Below are positions 39,071-51,121 of a stretch of DNA of 64,000 nt, piece after piece. Source of the DNA: Callorhinchus milii (taxonomy: Eukaryota); assembly GCF_018977255.1 (NCBI RefSeq), contig NW_024704742.1, positions 59,336,001-59,400,000 of the forward strand, written 5' to 3'. The number at the start of each line of letters is the position of its first letter. The stretch's first letter is position 1. Position numbers and translations under genes: made by a program. The notes below the pieces were generated by a model, which was not told the origin of the DNA, did no database searches, and saw only the letters and a program-made list of their open reading frames with translations.

Positions 39071-40261
39071 TTATTTTTTTGAAGGGATTAGTACCCTCGG
39101 AAAAGTGACCCGCCAATTGACTAACAACCAGGTTCCTATTTACTGCATATATATTATATAATATATATTCATTATATATTGTATAGTTTGTTGTGCTATG
39201 GCAGGGGAAAGCAAAATACAACATAGTCCTTGACATTAATGCTATACTTATGCAGCTTTAAACCTCAACAATAAATCAAATTAAACATTTGAATTTCCTC
39301 AAATTGTAACTTCTCCTGTCTCCTACTGCTCCACTCCATTCGTTGCCCCCTCTGATCAGCTAGCTCAGGCTTGCTGCCCATTCCCACCCTACCATTGGTT
39401 GCTGACTTTCCAATTGTATCTCTCTAACCTTTGGAAATCCCTCCCTCAAGCCCTTCATCCTTTCCCCCGTTTCTATCTTCATGCCCTGCCTTAAAACCTA
39501 CAGGTTCGACCTTGCCTTTAGTCACCTCTTCCACCCCACCTCCACTGCTCCCTACCATCTCCCTCCCTCAGACCAGTTGTAGTTTGTGGAATTTGTGGAA
39601 CATTGCAGTATGCAAATTGGCTACCACGTTCGCCCACAAAATATATAGTCAATTCACTTTACAGTATATTCTGTGAAGCACTTTGAGACATCTTGAAGAT
39701 GTGATAAGACGCTATATCAACTGCATTTATATAGCACCCTTCAAGTGGGGTTGCGTCCTGGAGCACTTCACTGTGGCAGAGCCTTGAGTAGAGGGAGGGG
39801 GAAGTGACCGTAAGCACGATTAAAAAGGAAAGTCTGAAGGCAGAATTTGATGGTGGGGAGGGAAGCAGGCAAGGTGGAGGGATTGAGGGAAGATGTGGTA
39901 AGGCAATATATCAAATACACGGATTATTATTACAAATATACTCCTTCCAGCAAACAGAAATACTGCACAATGATCAATGAAAAATTCACTCCAATACAAT
40001 CTTCTTCAACTAACTCAATATAAAGAAAAATTGCAAATTAGACCTCAGTGTCTTTCTTCTCTCCCAAGAAAGGCAGGCTATCTTTCTGTGTTCCTGGATA
40101 AAATAAAGCTAAATCCTGGATTTTGGTTGTAATAATTAATAAGCATATTAATAAAAGAACAAACTATATTTTAAACTGCGTTAATATTCTTTCAAAACCT
40201 AATGGACATTTCCTCATGAAGTTATTCTTTGAAAATAAATCTACACGTGTTCAGAGGACAG

Positions 40262-40590
40262 TACTATACAGCACAGAACACTGACAGCATGCACACTGCA
40301 CCATACAGGGCACTGACAGCACAGCATTGCAGAACACTGCACAGCACTACCCAGAACAGGGCACTGAATGCACAACATGACTTAACCCAAAGCACATGAC
40401 ACTGACAGCACAGCATGGTAGCACACAGAATAGGAGGCATTAACTGCTTAGCATGGCACAACACACAATATGTGCAATTGACTGCACAGTATGGCATAGC
40501 ACATAGCACCTAGTACTGAGGACAGAGCATGGCACAACACCCAGCAGGTGGCATGTACTGCATAGAAGAGCATGGCACATCACTATGCTT
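40262..40590. repeat. Degenerate pentamer low-complexity tract, (GCACA/GCATG)n-like
   Basis: Repeated CAGCA, GCACA and GCATG units. Confidence 0.8.
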
Positions 40591-41189
40591 CACACAGTAC
40601 CAACAAGAAAATAAAACGGTTCCATCAGCATGTTTTTTCCCTGAGCAACACTTTAATCATTTTTTTGATAGCAAAGAGGAAAAGTGATTGATAGATGTAG
40701 CCTCCCACTCACTAATATGTTTCTTGTATGTGGCTTTCATGGCTTTTTTCTATAAATCCATCCTGATTTTTTCGCTTACCAATATTAACAGTGAAAGCAA
40801 GAATGAGAATGCAGCTATTGCGATCACCATGTGTTGACATAATCAGATGCACAGATCTGAATATCTTAATTTCCCCATTTAAATATAGCCCACAAAATAT
40901 ACAGTCAATTCACTTTACAGTATATTCTGTGAAGCGCTTTGAGACATCACAAAGACAGGATAAGGCGCTATATGAAATGCAAAGATTATTATTAAATTGG
41001 TGACCCCAACTGTACCACATATCTGAACTATTTCCATGCTGAGCTTCTGTGAGTGAGTGCTAATTATTTATATGGTACGGATGTGAGTGAAATACAGCAA
41101 CCACAATAAATTAACAATGATTAATATTTATCAAGAACATTATCAAACATATAGAGAACAAATGATCATATGAAATCCAACCACATGAC

Positions 41190-42100
41190 CCCAATGTGTC
41201 TTTACATGGTTCTCTATCAGAGCACTGATCATAGACTGGGTACACAAAAGATCACAGGATATATCTGGATGAAGAAGGTCCTTCAGCCCATTAATCCCAT
41301 CCGTCCAGAACATCCACACTACCACACACAGCTTTTTAAACAAGTCCAGTGTCATGGCCTCTACCACCTTTCCGAGCAGCATGCTCCAGTTGTTAATTAC
41401 CCTCTGCATAAAGAAAAACCTTCCTAGTCACTTTCCTGAAATTGCCCTTTACTTAATTCTAAATGCATGTCCTCTGTTCTACTTTCTTGGTACATCCTAA
41501 TGTATTGCTCTGGATTTACTTTTTCGTTCCCATTAAAAAATTTTTTTAACCTTGTATACATTGTATATATCTTGTTCTCCTCTGCACCGCTTCTTGGGGC
41601 TCGGCAGCCTCTTTATGTCATGGTGACCAGAACTGTAATAATGATAATAATTGCATTTGATATAGTGCCTTATCACATCTTCAAGAGGTCTCAAAGTGCT
41701 TCACAGAATATATTGTAAACTGAATTGACTGTGTACTTTGTGGGTGAAATGCAGCAGCCAATCGCGCACAGCAGTGTCCCACAAACAGTCGTGAATTGAA
41801 GTGACCAATTTACTATCATTATTTTTTTGAAGGTACTATTAGGCCTGAAAAAGTGATCTGCAATTGACTAGCAATCAGGTTCCTACTTACTGCTTGACAA
41901 ACAGAGGCTTAGGCAGTATTGTATACATCTCTGTATGCCAGAACTGTATGCAATATTCAAGGTGCAGTCTGACTAAAGGAATACAGAGCTTGAATATGAC
42001 ATCTGGGGATCCAAACTCAACCAATTTAGTAATAGAGTCCAGCATTCTGTTTGCCTTATGTATTGCTAACACTGACAATCCCACCACATACCCCGACGTA
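41190..42100 (-). mobile_element. CR1 LINE 3' relic split by a SINE
   Basis: KANRMLDSI and LVRLHLEYCIQFW motifs. Other CR1 relics at ~10530-10760(+), 13620-13830(-), 15050-15610(+), 30130-30410(+), 48920-49340(-) and 53760-54420(+). Confidence 0.8.
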
Positions 42101-42899
42101 CACTTATGTGACTGTATGTCCAATCATGCCCTTTTCCCTGCATTTTGTGACAAATGTGACATTTAACTTCAAATAACATGGGACAAACCTGCAGGTCAAA
42201 GTAATGGATAGTCACAATTGAGATCAAAACAGTTTTTAAAGAAAAATCGACTTTCTGGGTTAAATTACAAATGATGACAGATCCATGTATCGCAGTGTAA
42301 GGCTTTTAAGATTTACAATATCATACAAACCTTTTGTAATTCACTTAAAACCATTCATTTCCCTCAGAGGATTGAAATAGCAAGAATATATTCAAGAAAA
42401 TAAGCATACAAAAGGAAGCTTCAATAAGTCCAATCCAGTTCAATTTCAATATTATTAATAAAATATTTATTTCTGGGACAAGAGATCCTCAAGGCAACTC
42501 AAGGATGGTGCTGCCTTATTCAACATAGAGATTCATGATTCATATTGGACTGGGTAGACAGGAACATTTAGATAATTCCTGTTTGAGGTACTTTGGAAGA
42601 TTCCAAACTTAAAGCACACATTAGACCCATTTAATAATCTAACATGAGATACATACACTAAGAAATATTGAAACAACTGAATCAGAAAACAGATCTCCAA
42701 CATCATGTTTGCTTTGTGATTAGATCTGAAATTGTGAAGATTGAATGTCTCCAATATAAAAGTGTCAAATACAAAACCAGTTGATCAAAAAGCGATTCAC
42801 TACAAAGGCACCAAATTACTCACTAACTTTCTGTCCTCCTCTTCTCTCTCAAAGCCTCCTTTTTCTTACAAGGGAGTAACTTCTGCTCAGTAACTCATG

Positions 42900-43170
42900 T
42901 GACTTTTTATTCAAGTGTGACTCTTGGCTGTGAAAAACAGCTGAGTACTTGACAGAAGGTGTGTTGCAGCCCAGCTTGATCCCATCCTCGCCTGACTTCC
43001 ACAAGTGCACACCACCTGAACAGGTGATTGGATAGTGATCAAGATCTGTGACCTTTACTAATTTTCACTCCACTCAACATAGGACACTAAGGATAATTGT
43101 AGCACCCCCACTGTTGCCCTGGCTGAGATGAGCAAACTCAGGGTCGGTCAAGGATTGTACGTGGAAACTT
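42900..43170 (-). repeat. Old SINE-like repeat
   Basis: Loose similarity to 3420-3680 and 61070-61290 (e.g. CTGAGAT.AGC.AA.TCAG). Confidence 0.45.
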
Positions 43171-44406
43171 TACATCTCAGCTACATTCTGTGTAAACTTG
43201 CTGAGTTGTCAAATTGAATGATTGACGAAGAAATAGCCAATTTTCAGCTTGATATACAGACAGGGTTACTGAAAAGGATGCATAGTGCATGGAGAAATAT
43301 TTTAGACATTGATACTTTTTTTTGCAGTTTGAGTGTTCAAAAATAAACTCTTTAAAAATACAGAATATTTTACACATTGTTAAAGTGTACACTTGTTGCA
43401 CATGGAACAATTTTAGCACATTAAAAGCTGTAGCCTCTCTTTATCACACTATTGAAACTGCTATAATTTATAGTACAGTATATGGATGAGCATAAGTACA
43501 TTTCAAAAAGCAAGTGTTGAATTTATATAGTTTACTGGGGGCACCCAGACCCTGAGATGAAACTGCAGCCTGTTCATTTCAACTCCATTTAATTATATAA
43601 AAACAATATATTGTTGTTATAATCATAAGCAACCAACATTGATAAAATCAACAATATTACATTTTCAAATCCATTGATATGTCATGTTAACTCAAATTTC
43701 ATTGAGGAATAATTCTGATTGACTACTGTGAGGCGAGTAATACTTTCATGTCTTTTACAAGCATTTATAATGGAAGAATTGCTCCTCAGCTCAAAAAAGT
43801 AACAGAGATGAAAGTGCATTGATCCATATGCAGGTTGGCAAGAGTGGGTGAAGTGGCTCAATCTGAACAATGCATAACATTAAGATTTGTCAGTCCTATT
43901 TGGCTATATTATTTAGAATGCTAGAAGCCAAAGCTAAAGGAAAATTGGCAGGGCGAAATCTTGGGCAAGTTTCCTTACTCCACACGCCTAATAATAATCC
44001 CTCCAAAACCAAAAACAATAATAAACTGGTCATTTTCAATCTACGACTGTTTGTGGGACATTGCTGTGCGCAATTGGCTGCCGCGTTCGCCCACAAATAT
44101 ACAGTCAATTCACTTTACAATGTGTTCTGTGAAGCGCTTTGGGACGTCCTCCCGACATGTAAAGCGCTATATCAAATGCAAGGATTATTATTATTATTGT
44201 TCATTCCGTTTCATTACAATAAATATTTTCTACCAAATATTGCATAGAATAATATAGAATGTTACAACACGGAAACTGGCCATTGGCCCAACTCATTGCT
44301 TGTACTCCACATTCGCATCAAGCCTATCTAATCCTCTCTTGCTATCCATATAAAATTTGTCTTAAACACAAATAATTTGTACCATACTCAGCATCAATAC
44401 ACTCAC

Positions 44407-44531
44407 AGCTGTAATCTCCTGCACAAGTGTCAGCTCAGCTGGGAGCAGGACTCGGAGACACTCAGCACTTGGTGGTAATTTTGTTATTAACATTGTCAAG
44501 GTCTTCTCTGTCAGAAGGTGTCTAAGAAGAC
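44407..44531 (-). pseudogene. Candidate exon A (phase 1 to 0)
   Basis: TTTCAATTAATAG acceptor, GTGAGT donor. Only one frame is open: LLRHLLTEKTLTMLITKLPPSAECLRVLLPAELTLVQEITA. Confidence 0.55.
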
Positions 44532-44659
44532 CTATTAATTGAAATCCAATTTCGACTTCAATTTTAACCGTTCTACCGGTGGTTTGATCCTGATCATGCA
44601 CTCATGTCAGCTTTACAGCAAAATCACCTTGTGGGGTGAAAGATCAAAAAGTCCAAAGG

Positions 44660-46576
44660 ACCAACAACAACAACTTGGATTTATATAGTGCCCTCCATGC
44701 CGGACGGCGTCTCAGAGCACTTCACAGTAACGGATCCCGGTGCCAAGCCAGGGGGATGGGGAGGAAGGTGACCAAAGACGCGGTCGAAAAGAAAGGTCTT
44801 CAGCAGAGACCTGAAAATAGGAAGAGAGGGAGCGAGATGAAGGGCGTGAGGAACGGAGTTTCAGAGCCTTGGGGCATAGTGCCTGAAGGCACGGCTGCTG
44901 ATGTTGGAGCAGAGGACTCAGGGGACAAGGAGGAGGCCAGACCTGGAGGAATGAAGGCAACAGGCAATGTTTTGAGGGGAGAGGAGGTCGGAGAGGTAGG
45001 GGGGTGCAGAGGAGTGGAGGGATTTGAAGACAAGGGTGAGGAACTTTAAGTCGACCCTCTCTGGCACAGGCAGCCAGTGCAGTCTGGCAAGGACTGGGGT
45101 GATCAGGGAACGGAGTTTGGTGTGGGTGAGAATGCGGGCGGCAGAATTTTGAATAATCTGGATTTTATGGATGGCAGCGGATGGGAGACCGGTGAGGAGG
45201 GCGTTAGAATAGTCCAGCTGAGAGGTGACAAAGGCATGAACCTGGGTTTCAGTGGCTTTTGGAGAGAGGTATTGGCGGAGACGGGTGATGCATCGGAGGT
45301 GGAAGAAAGCGGTGCTGATGAGGGACCGGATGTGGGGGAGGAAGGTTGATTGGGGGTCGAACCTGACCCTAGGTTGCGTACGGGTTCGGAGAGTTTTAGG
45401 GGGAAGTCGGGTAAGTGGAGGAGGTGAGGACCGTGAGATTTTAGACGTTGATGAGAACCAGAGTGTATGGCTTCTTTCTTGTCAACGTTCAGCTGAAGGA
45501 AATTTGCGTTCATCCAGCCCCTGAGGTCCGACAGGCAGGCAAACAGAACATCAGGGGACTGGGGGTCGCAAAGAGAGGTGGAAAAATAGAGTTGGGTGTT
45601 GTCTGCATACATGTGGAAATGTACTCCATGTCTGCGGATGACATCCCCAAGAGGGAGCATGTAGGTCAGAAAGAGGAGGGGGCCAAGGATGGATCCTTGG
45701 GGTACCCCGCAGGTAATCGGGTGAGAGTGGGAGGAGAAGCCGTTTGTGCAGATGTACTGCTGGCGGTTTGTGAGGTAGGACTCGAACCAGGCGAGTGCGG
45801 TCCCACTGAGGTGGATGATAGAGGAAAGGCAGTGGAGGAGGATGGCATGATTGTCTGTGTCGAATGCGCCAGAGAGGTCCAGGAGGACAAAGAGGCAGTT
45901 GGAGCCCTGGACACAGATAGGGAGGATGTCGTTTGTGACTTTCATAAGCCCAGTCTCTGTACTGTGGGCGGAAACCGGACTGAAAGGTTTCGAAGAGGGA
46001 GTGGGAGTAGAGGTGTGTGCGAAGTTGGTTGGCAACAACACGTTCTAGGACTTTTGCGAGGAAGGGCAGGTTAGAAATAGGGCGGTAGTAGCTGGAAGGT
46101 TTTTTGAGGAGGTGGGTGATGACAGCAGTTTTGAGGGGGGCAGGGACTGATCTGGACTGGTTGATGACGTCAGGCAGTAGTGGGCAGAGGAGGGGAAGCT
46201 GGATGACCAGCAAGTCGGTGGGGAGGGGATCGAGGCAGAGGGGGTGGGTTTCATGGAGGTGATGGTGGGTGAGAGGGAGGAGGGAGAGATGGGGAGGAAG
46301 GAATGTAGGATGGGGGTGGTGGTAGGAGCAGATGATGGGAAGGGTGAGGGGGACAGAGAGGACGAGGTGGTGGGTGACAAGAGGCAGGTGGATGAGGCTG
46401 CCTGGTGGATATTATGTATTTCAGATGAAAATAAGTCCATGACCTCCTCGTACTTGGCATTTGACATGAAGATTGAAGAGGCCTGAGGGGAGGCACGCAG
46501 GAGGTAGTGGGTGGTGGAAAAAAGGATTTTAGAGTTGTGTTTAGTCTCCAAGATGATGTTGGAGTAGAAGGTGATA
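44660..46576 (-). mobile_element. 5'-truncated L2 of a second family (B)
   Basis: Minus ORFs with GVPQGSILGP, HMYADN and [15 protein letters not shown]. Its 3' UTR and stem-loop (GTGCTCT..AGGGCAC) are distinct from family A and shared with 38675-39070. Confidence 0.9.
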
Positions 46577-48900
46577 AGGTGTCAGCCTGGCTCAGTTGAT
46601 AGCACTCTCGCCTCTGGGTCAGAAAGTTATGGGTTCAAGCCCCACATTGGGACTTTGAATATCTAGACTGTGCTGGCATTCTAGTACAGTGCTGAGTGTG
46701 TGTTGTATTGTTGGAGGTGACGGCCTTTGGATGAGATGTTAAACTGAGATCCCATCTGACTGTTCAGGTGGACACTAATGTTCCCATGGTACTTTTCGAA
46801 AAGAGAAGTGCTCTTTTCACTGCTCAACTCCCATATCCTTCTCCCCACTTGCCTCCAAACCTACTACAATCTCCTAACTCCCGTGGAAAAAGATCTCCTC
46901 CACAGCACCCTCTCCACCACACTCGATGACCTTGCCCCCCTCACCTCCCGAACTGCCTCCTATTCCCGATCCTCACCCTCCAGCCACCTCCGCTCGCTCA
47001 AGGATCAGGTGCGGGCTTCCGAACGCACTTGGCTCAAATCCGGCCTAACGGTCCACCGGTACATCTGGCTGGACCACATCAAAACCTACCGCTCCGCCTC
47101 ACCTCAGCCAGATCGTCCTTCTATTCCAGGTTAATCCTGGATGTGAAGAGCAACCCCAGTCTCTTGTTCTCCACGACCAACCGGCTCCTCCACCCTCCCC
47201 GACACGTCTCGCAGATTCTTTCCTCTGATTCTCACTGCGAGGAAATGCTTGAGTCCAAAATCGAGGGAATCCGCTCAGCTGCCACTGCCCTCTCAACTTC
47301 CACATCCTCCCTAACCTCCCCCACATTCCGACCACTACCCATCCCTCCTTCCACACCTTTGAACCTGCCAAGCCCTGCTCTATCACCACTACCATACCCT
47401 CCATGAAATCAACCAGCTGCTCCCTGGACCCCCCACCCCCATCTCCTTAAATCCCAGCTCCACCTCCTTGCCACACTACTCGCCGACATCAACAAACTCT
47501 CCCTGTCATCTGACACTGTTCCTACCCCCCTCAAAACAGCCAGTATCACCCACACCTCGAAGAAACCTTCCCTTGACCCAACACAGCTATCCAGCTACCG
47601 GACCATCTCTCCAACCTACCTTTTCTGACCAAGGTCCTTGAGAGAGTCGTTGCCTCCCAGCTTCGCTCATTCATCTACTCCCACTCCCTCCATGAGCCCC
47701 TCCAATCGGGATTCCGTGCTGCCCACAGCACGGAAACTGCTCTGGTCAAGGTCACAAATGACATCCTGACCATGTGTTACCAGGGTTCTCTCTGCCTCCT
47801 CGTCCTCCTCGACCTCTCTGCCGCTTTTGACACTGTGGATCATTCAATTCTCCTCCACCACCTCTCCTCCCATCTCAACCTCCAAGGTTCTGTCCTCGAC
47901 TGGTTCAGGTTCCACCTTTCACACTGCCTCCACTTTTGTCTCTGCAAAAGGTTTCTCCTCCAGCCCCCTCACTGTCTCGTGTGGTGTTCCTCAGGGCTCT
48001 GTCCTCGGTCCCCTCCTCTTCACCCTCTATATGCTCCCCCTTGGTGACATCATCCGCAGACATGGGGTTAACTTCCACATGTATGCGGATGACACCCAAC
48101 TCTATCTCTCTGCCTCCACCTCGACTCCAGGACTACTGGCGTCCTGACTGACATCATGTCCCGGACGAGGGACAACTTTCTCCAACTCAACGTCAGCAAG
48201 ACTGAGGCCCTCCTGATTGCATCTTGGGCGCTGGCAGCATCAGCATCCACAGCTGCACACTCAACTTCACTAAGCCAGTCAGGAACTTGGGTGTCTTTTT
48301 TGACCCTGAACTGTCCTTTCTCCCCCACATCCGTGCCATGACCGGCACTGCCTACCACCACCTTTGCAACATTGCCAGACCAATCTGCCCACTCCCTCCA
48401 TTCAGTGGGCTCCGGCCTGCTCCATGTCTCCCGCACGGCCCACTTTCAGCCTCTCTGCCTCCACACTCTGGAACTTCATCCCACAGTCCCTTCGGCTCAC
48501 TTCCTCCCTTGCCTCCTTCAAGGCCGGACTGAAGACCCTCCTCTTCGATCATGCCTTTGGTCGCCCTCCCACCTCTCTGCCTTCCCTCACCCCTACCCCA
48601 TGCTCGGGTCCTGACCCCTGACTGTGCAGTGCCTTGGGACGTACTCGCAACATGAAAGGTGCTCTATAAATGTAATTTTGTTGTTGAGAAGGGAGTTTCT
48701 CCCACAGTCTTATCTGACAATCTCCCAGATAAAATTGGTCATTCAGTCCATGGCTGTCTGTTGGACAAATCTGCACACAAGTTGGCTGCTGAGTTTGCCA
48801 ACAAAATACATAGTCAAACACATTATAGTTTATCCTGTGAAGTGCTTTGAGACTTCACAACAATGTCATAAGGTGTTATCAAATGAAAGGACTATTATAA
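46577..48900 (+). mobile_element. Deu-domain SINE (SacSINE1/AmnSINE-like) with tRNA head, split by an L2
   Basis: Head GGCTCAGTTGATAGCAC..GGTTCAAGCCCC; Deu core TTTGGATGAGATGTTAAAC..CAGGTGGAC..CCCATGG. Other copies at 3855-4172(+), 12710-13110(-), 31760-31985(+), 37965-38160(-), 51420-51757(+), 53140-53452(+), 55915-56890(+) and 58950-59520(-). Confidence 0.85.
46809..48685 (+). mobile_element. Truncated, internally deleted L2 inserted in a Deu SINE
   Basis: RT motifs and TTG tail. TSD GAGAAG at 46803-46808 and 48686-48691. Confidence 0.9.
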
Positions 48901-50940
48901 AATAAGATACTTTCATAACAGAAATTCAGATAGAGAAAGCCCTTTGGTCCATTTTATCTCATCCTCCCAGAATACTAACCTTACAGTCTTTTCATTACAA
49001 CACCAAGCTGCTTTGTTTAAATGAATGCAGGGTTCAGGCCATAACAACTCTTTCTGGTAACCTGCTCCAGTTATTGATTACCCTCTATATCAATAAAAAA
49101 AACTTCCCGATATCTGTCCTAAATGCCTCACGTACCTGAACCTGTGATTTCCTGTCCTGTTGCCCTCGGAATACCTGAAAGGATTGTTTTGGATCTGATT
49201 CTCTCAGTCTATTTAATATCTTCTACACTTTTATCAGGCCCTCAGTAAGATGTCTCTTTATCAAAGTTGAATAGTCCTAGCTGCTTGTCATGTGTCATCC
49301 TTATAGAACTGAGCCTGTCTTGTTGCTCTCATCCGCTCTGCCCCGAGGCCTACTTAATGAAAGAAAAGAGTAAGATAGAAGAATAACAGGATGCTCCAAA
49401 CAAACATTGATGCTGAGAATGGAAATATCAAGGAAACACATATACTTCTATTTGGATGAAGGTATGCAACTCTGAAGAGAGGTAAAGGTATGTTATGCTA
49501 AGAGGGTACAAAATTAACACATGTGGGGAATATATTAAAAGTTAAAACTAAATTCTGGTATTTGAATTTCAAATCTGGATAATGTCACATGTTGGATCTG
49601 AGATCAGGGTCATGTCAATGGGTTCACAATTGAGATAACGATAAATGCAAAAGATAATCTGTTAATTTTCCATCTACAGTGTGTACTGGAGAGCAGCCAG
49701 TGTAAATACTGTACTCTAAGCTCTTTCGGCAGCACTAAAACATTCCATCATTATAAACCTAAGACAGCTGCTTCCCAAATAAATTAGATTTTCTAAGTAC
49801 AGCACACTCTGTGTAAATATATACACTGTAAAGTATTGGTTGTACAATTATCAAGGCTGCAATGTATGAATTAAAACATGTTGTACAGCAAATTGGCATA
49901 GATTGGCTGCTATGTAATGCACAAGATGTTAAATTTATTAATAAAAGTGTTTTTTTCCACATGACAGAATGTTTTTTGAAACATAGTAAATATTTAGTGC
50001 TCAAACAATTATAATAATTGGACATCCTAAAAGTGGTGTGACTGTATGTATTTTATGGTGAATGCAGCAGCCAATTTACACACATCAATGTTTCACAAAC
50101 AGCCAAGGAGTGATTGACCATTTTTATTTGGGGGATGATTGGCCAGGATAAACTCCTCACAACCATAATAGTTATGATCTCACAATTATGTGACTGACCA
50201 ATCATTCATTTGGGACACAACTGGTCAAATGTTATGGACAAAGATCTGTTGTTTCCTTTACAGCCCAAATGGAAGTAGCATGGACAAAAAAAATGTTAGT
50301 TTTTCAACATAGGGCCTCTTGAGAAATGCTCAAGAGAGGTAAACCAGACTTAAAAGCAGTGTTACACAGAGTACTCAAGCGAACAGAGTGGGATGTAGAG
50401 CCATGAGTGCACTTCAGAATTAGAAAAAANTGTCAACAGAAGAAAAATTATTTAAAATGTAGCTTTGTTTGTTGAATGAATACAGTTGCGCAACTGTTGA
50501 ACCAAAAGTAAAAAGATATCCCTGTGAACATGTTGATAGTACTGTGCGAGCCCGTCAGTCTTTATCTCATCCATAATTTTACCCTTTCACCAGCTGCTGT
50601 GGTCACCAGGATACCTTCAGAATGCTACTGAAGCCAAGCTGTTGTGATATTATCCCTGAATGGTGCTTTTGTGTAACAATTCCTGAGAATTTGTATTTAT
50701 TTCATTCGCACACTGGTGCAAATCTGTGTAGTGTTATTAATTTTAAAAGACATCAGCAATAGCAACATTAATTAGCAGAATTTAATCTAAATAATCTAAA
50801 TTCACTTGCAAAATGCACAGACACTGCATTTTACAGTAAATCCTGTGAAACACTTTAAGACTCCCTTCCAATATGAAAGGTGGATGCTACATCAAATGCA
50901 AAAAAAAAAAATTCTTTCAATAGCAATACTACTACTTGTA

Positions 50941-51121
50941 AAACGCAAAATACTGCAGATGCTGGAAATCTGAAACAAAAACAGAAGTCGCTGGGAACTC
51001 TCAGCAGGTCGAGCAGCATCTACTGAGAAAGGAAAGTGAGTCAATGTTTCGGGTCCACGTTCTATCGAAGGGTCGTGGACCCCAAACATTGATTCACTTT
51101 CCTTTCTCCATAGATGCTGCC
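50941..51121. mobile_element. Palindromic non-autonomous Penelope-like element
   Basis: 47-bp inverted arms at 51013-51059 and 51074-51120. Exact 17-bp TSD CAATACTACTACTTGTA at 50924-50940 and 51122-51138. The Penelope assignment rests on recalled resemblance to shark repeats. Confidence 0.75.

Noticed and set aside
40780..40857. Minus-strand exon candidate with GTAAGC donor
   Set aside because: Weak acceptor, and its open frame is phase-incompatible with exons A and B.
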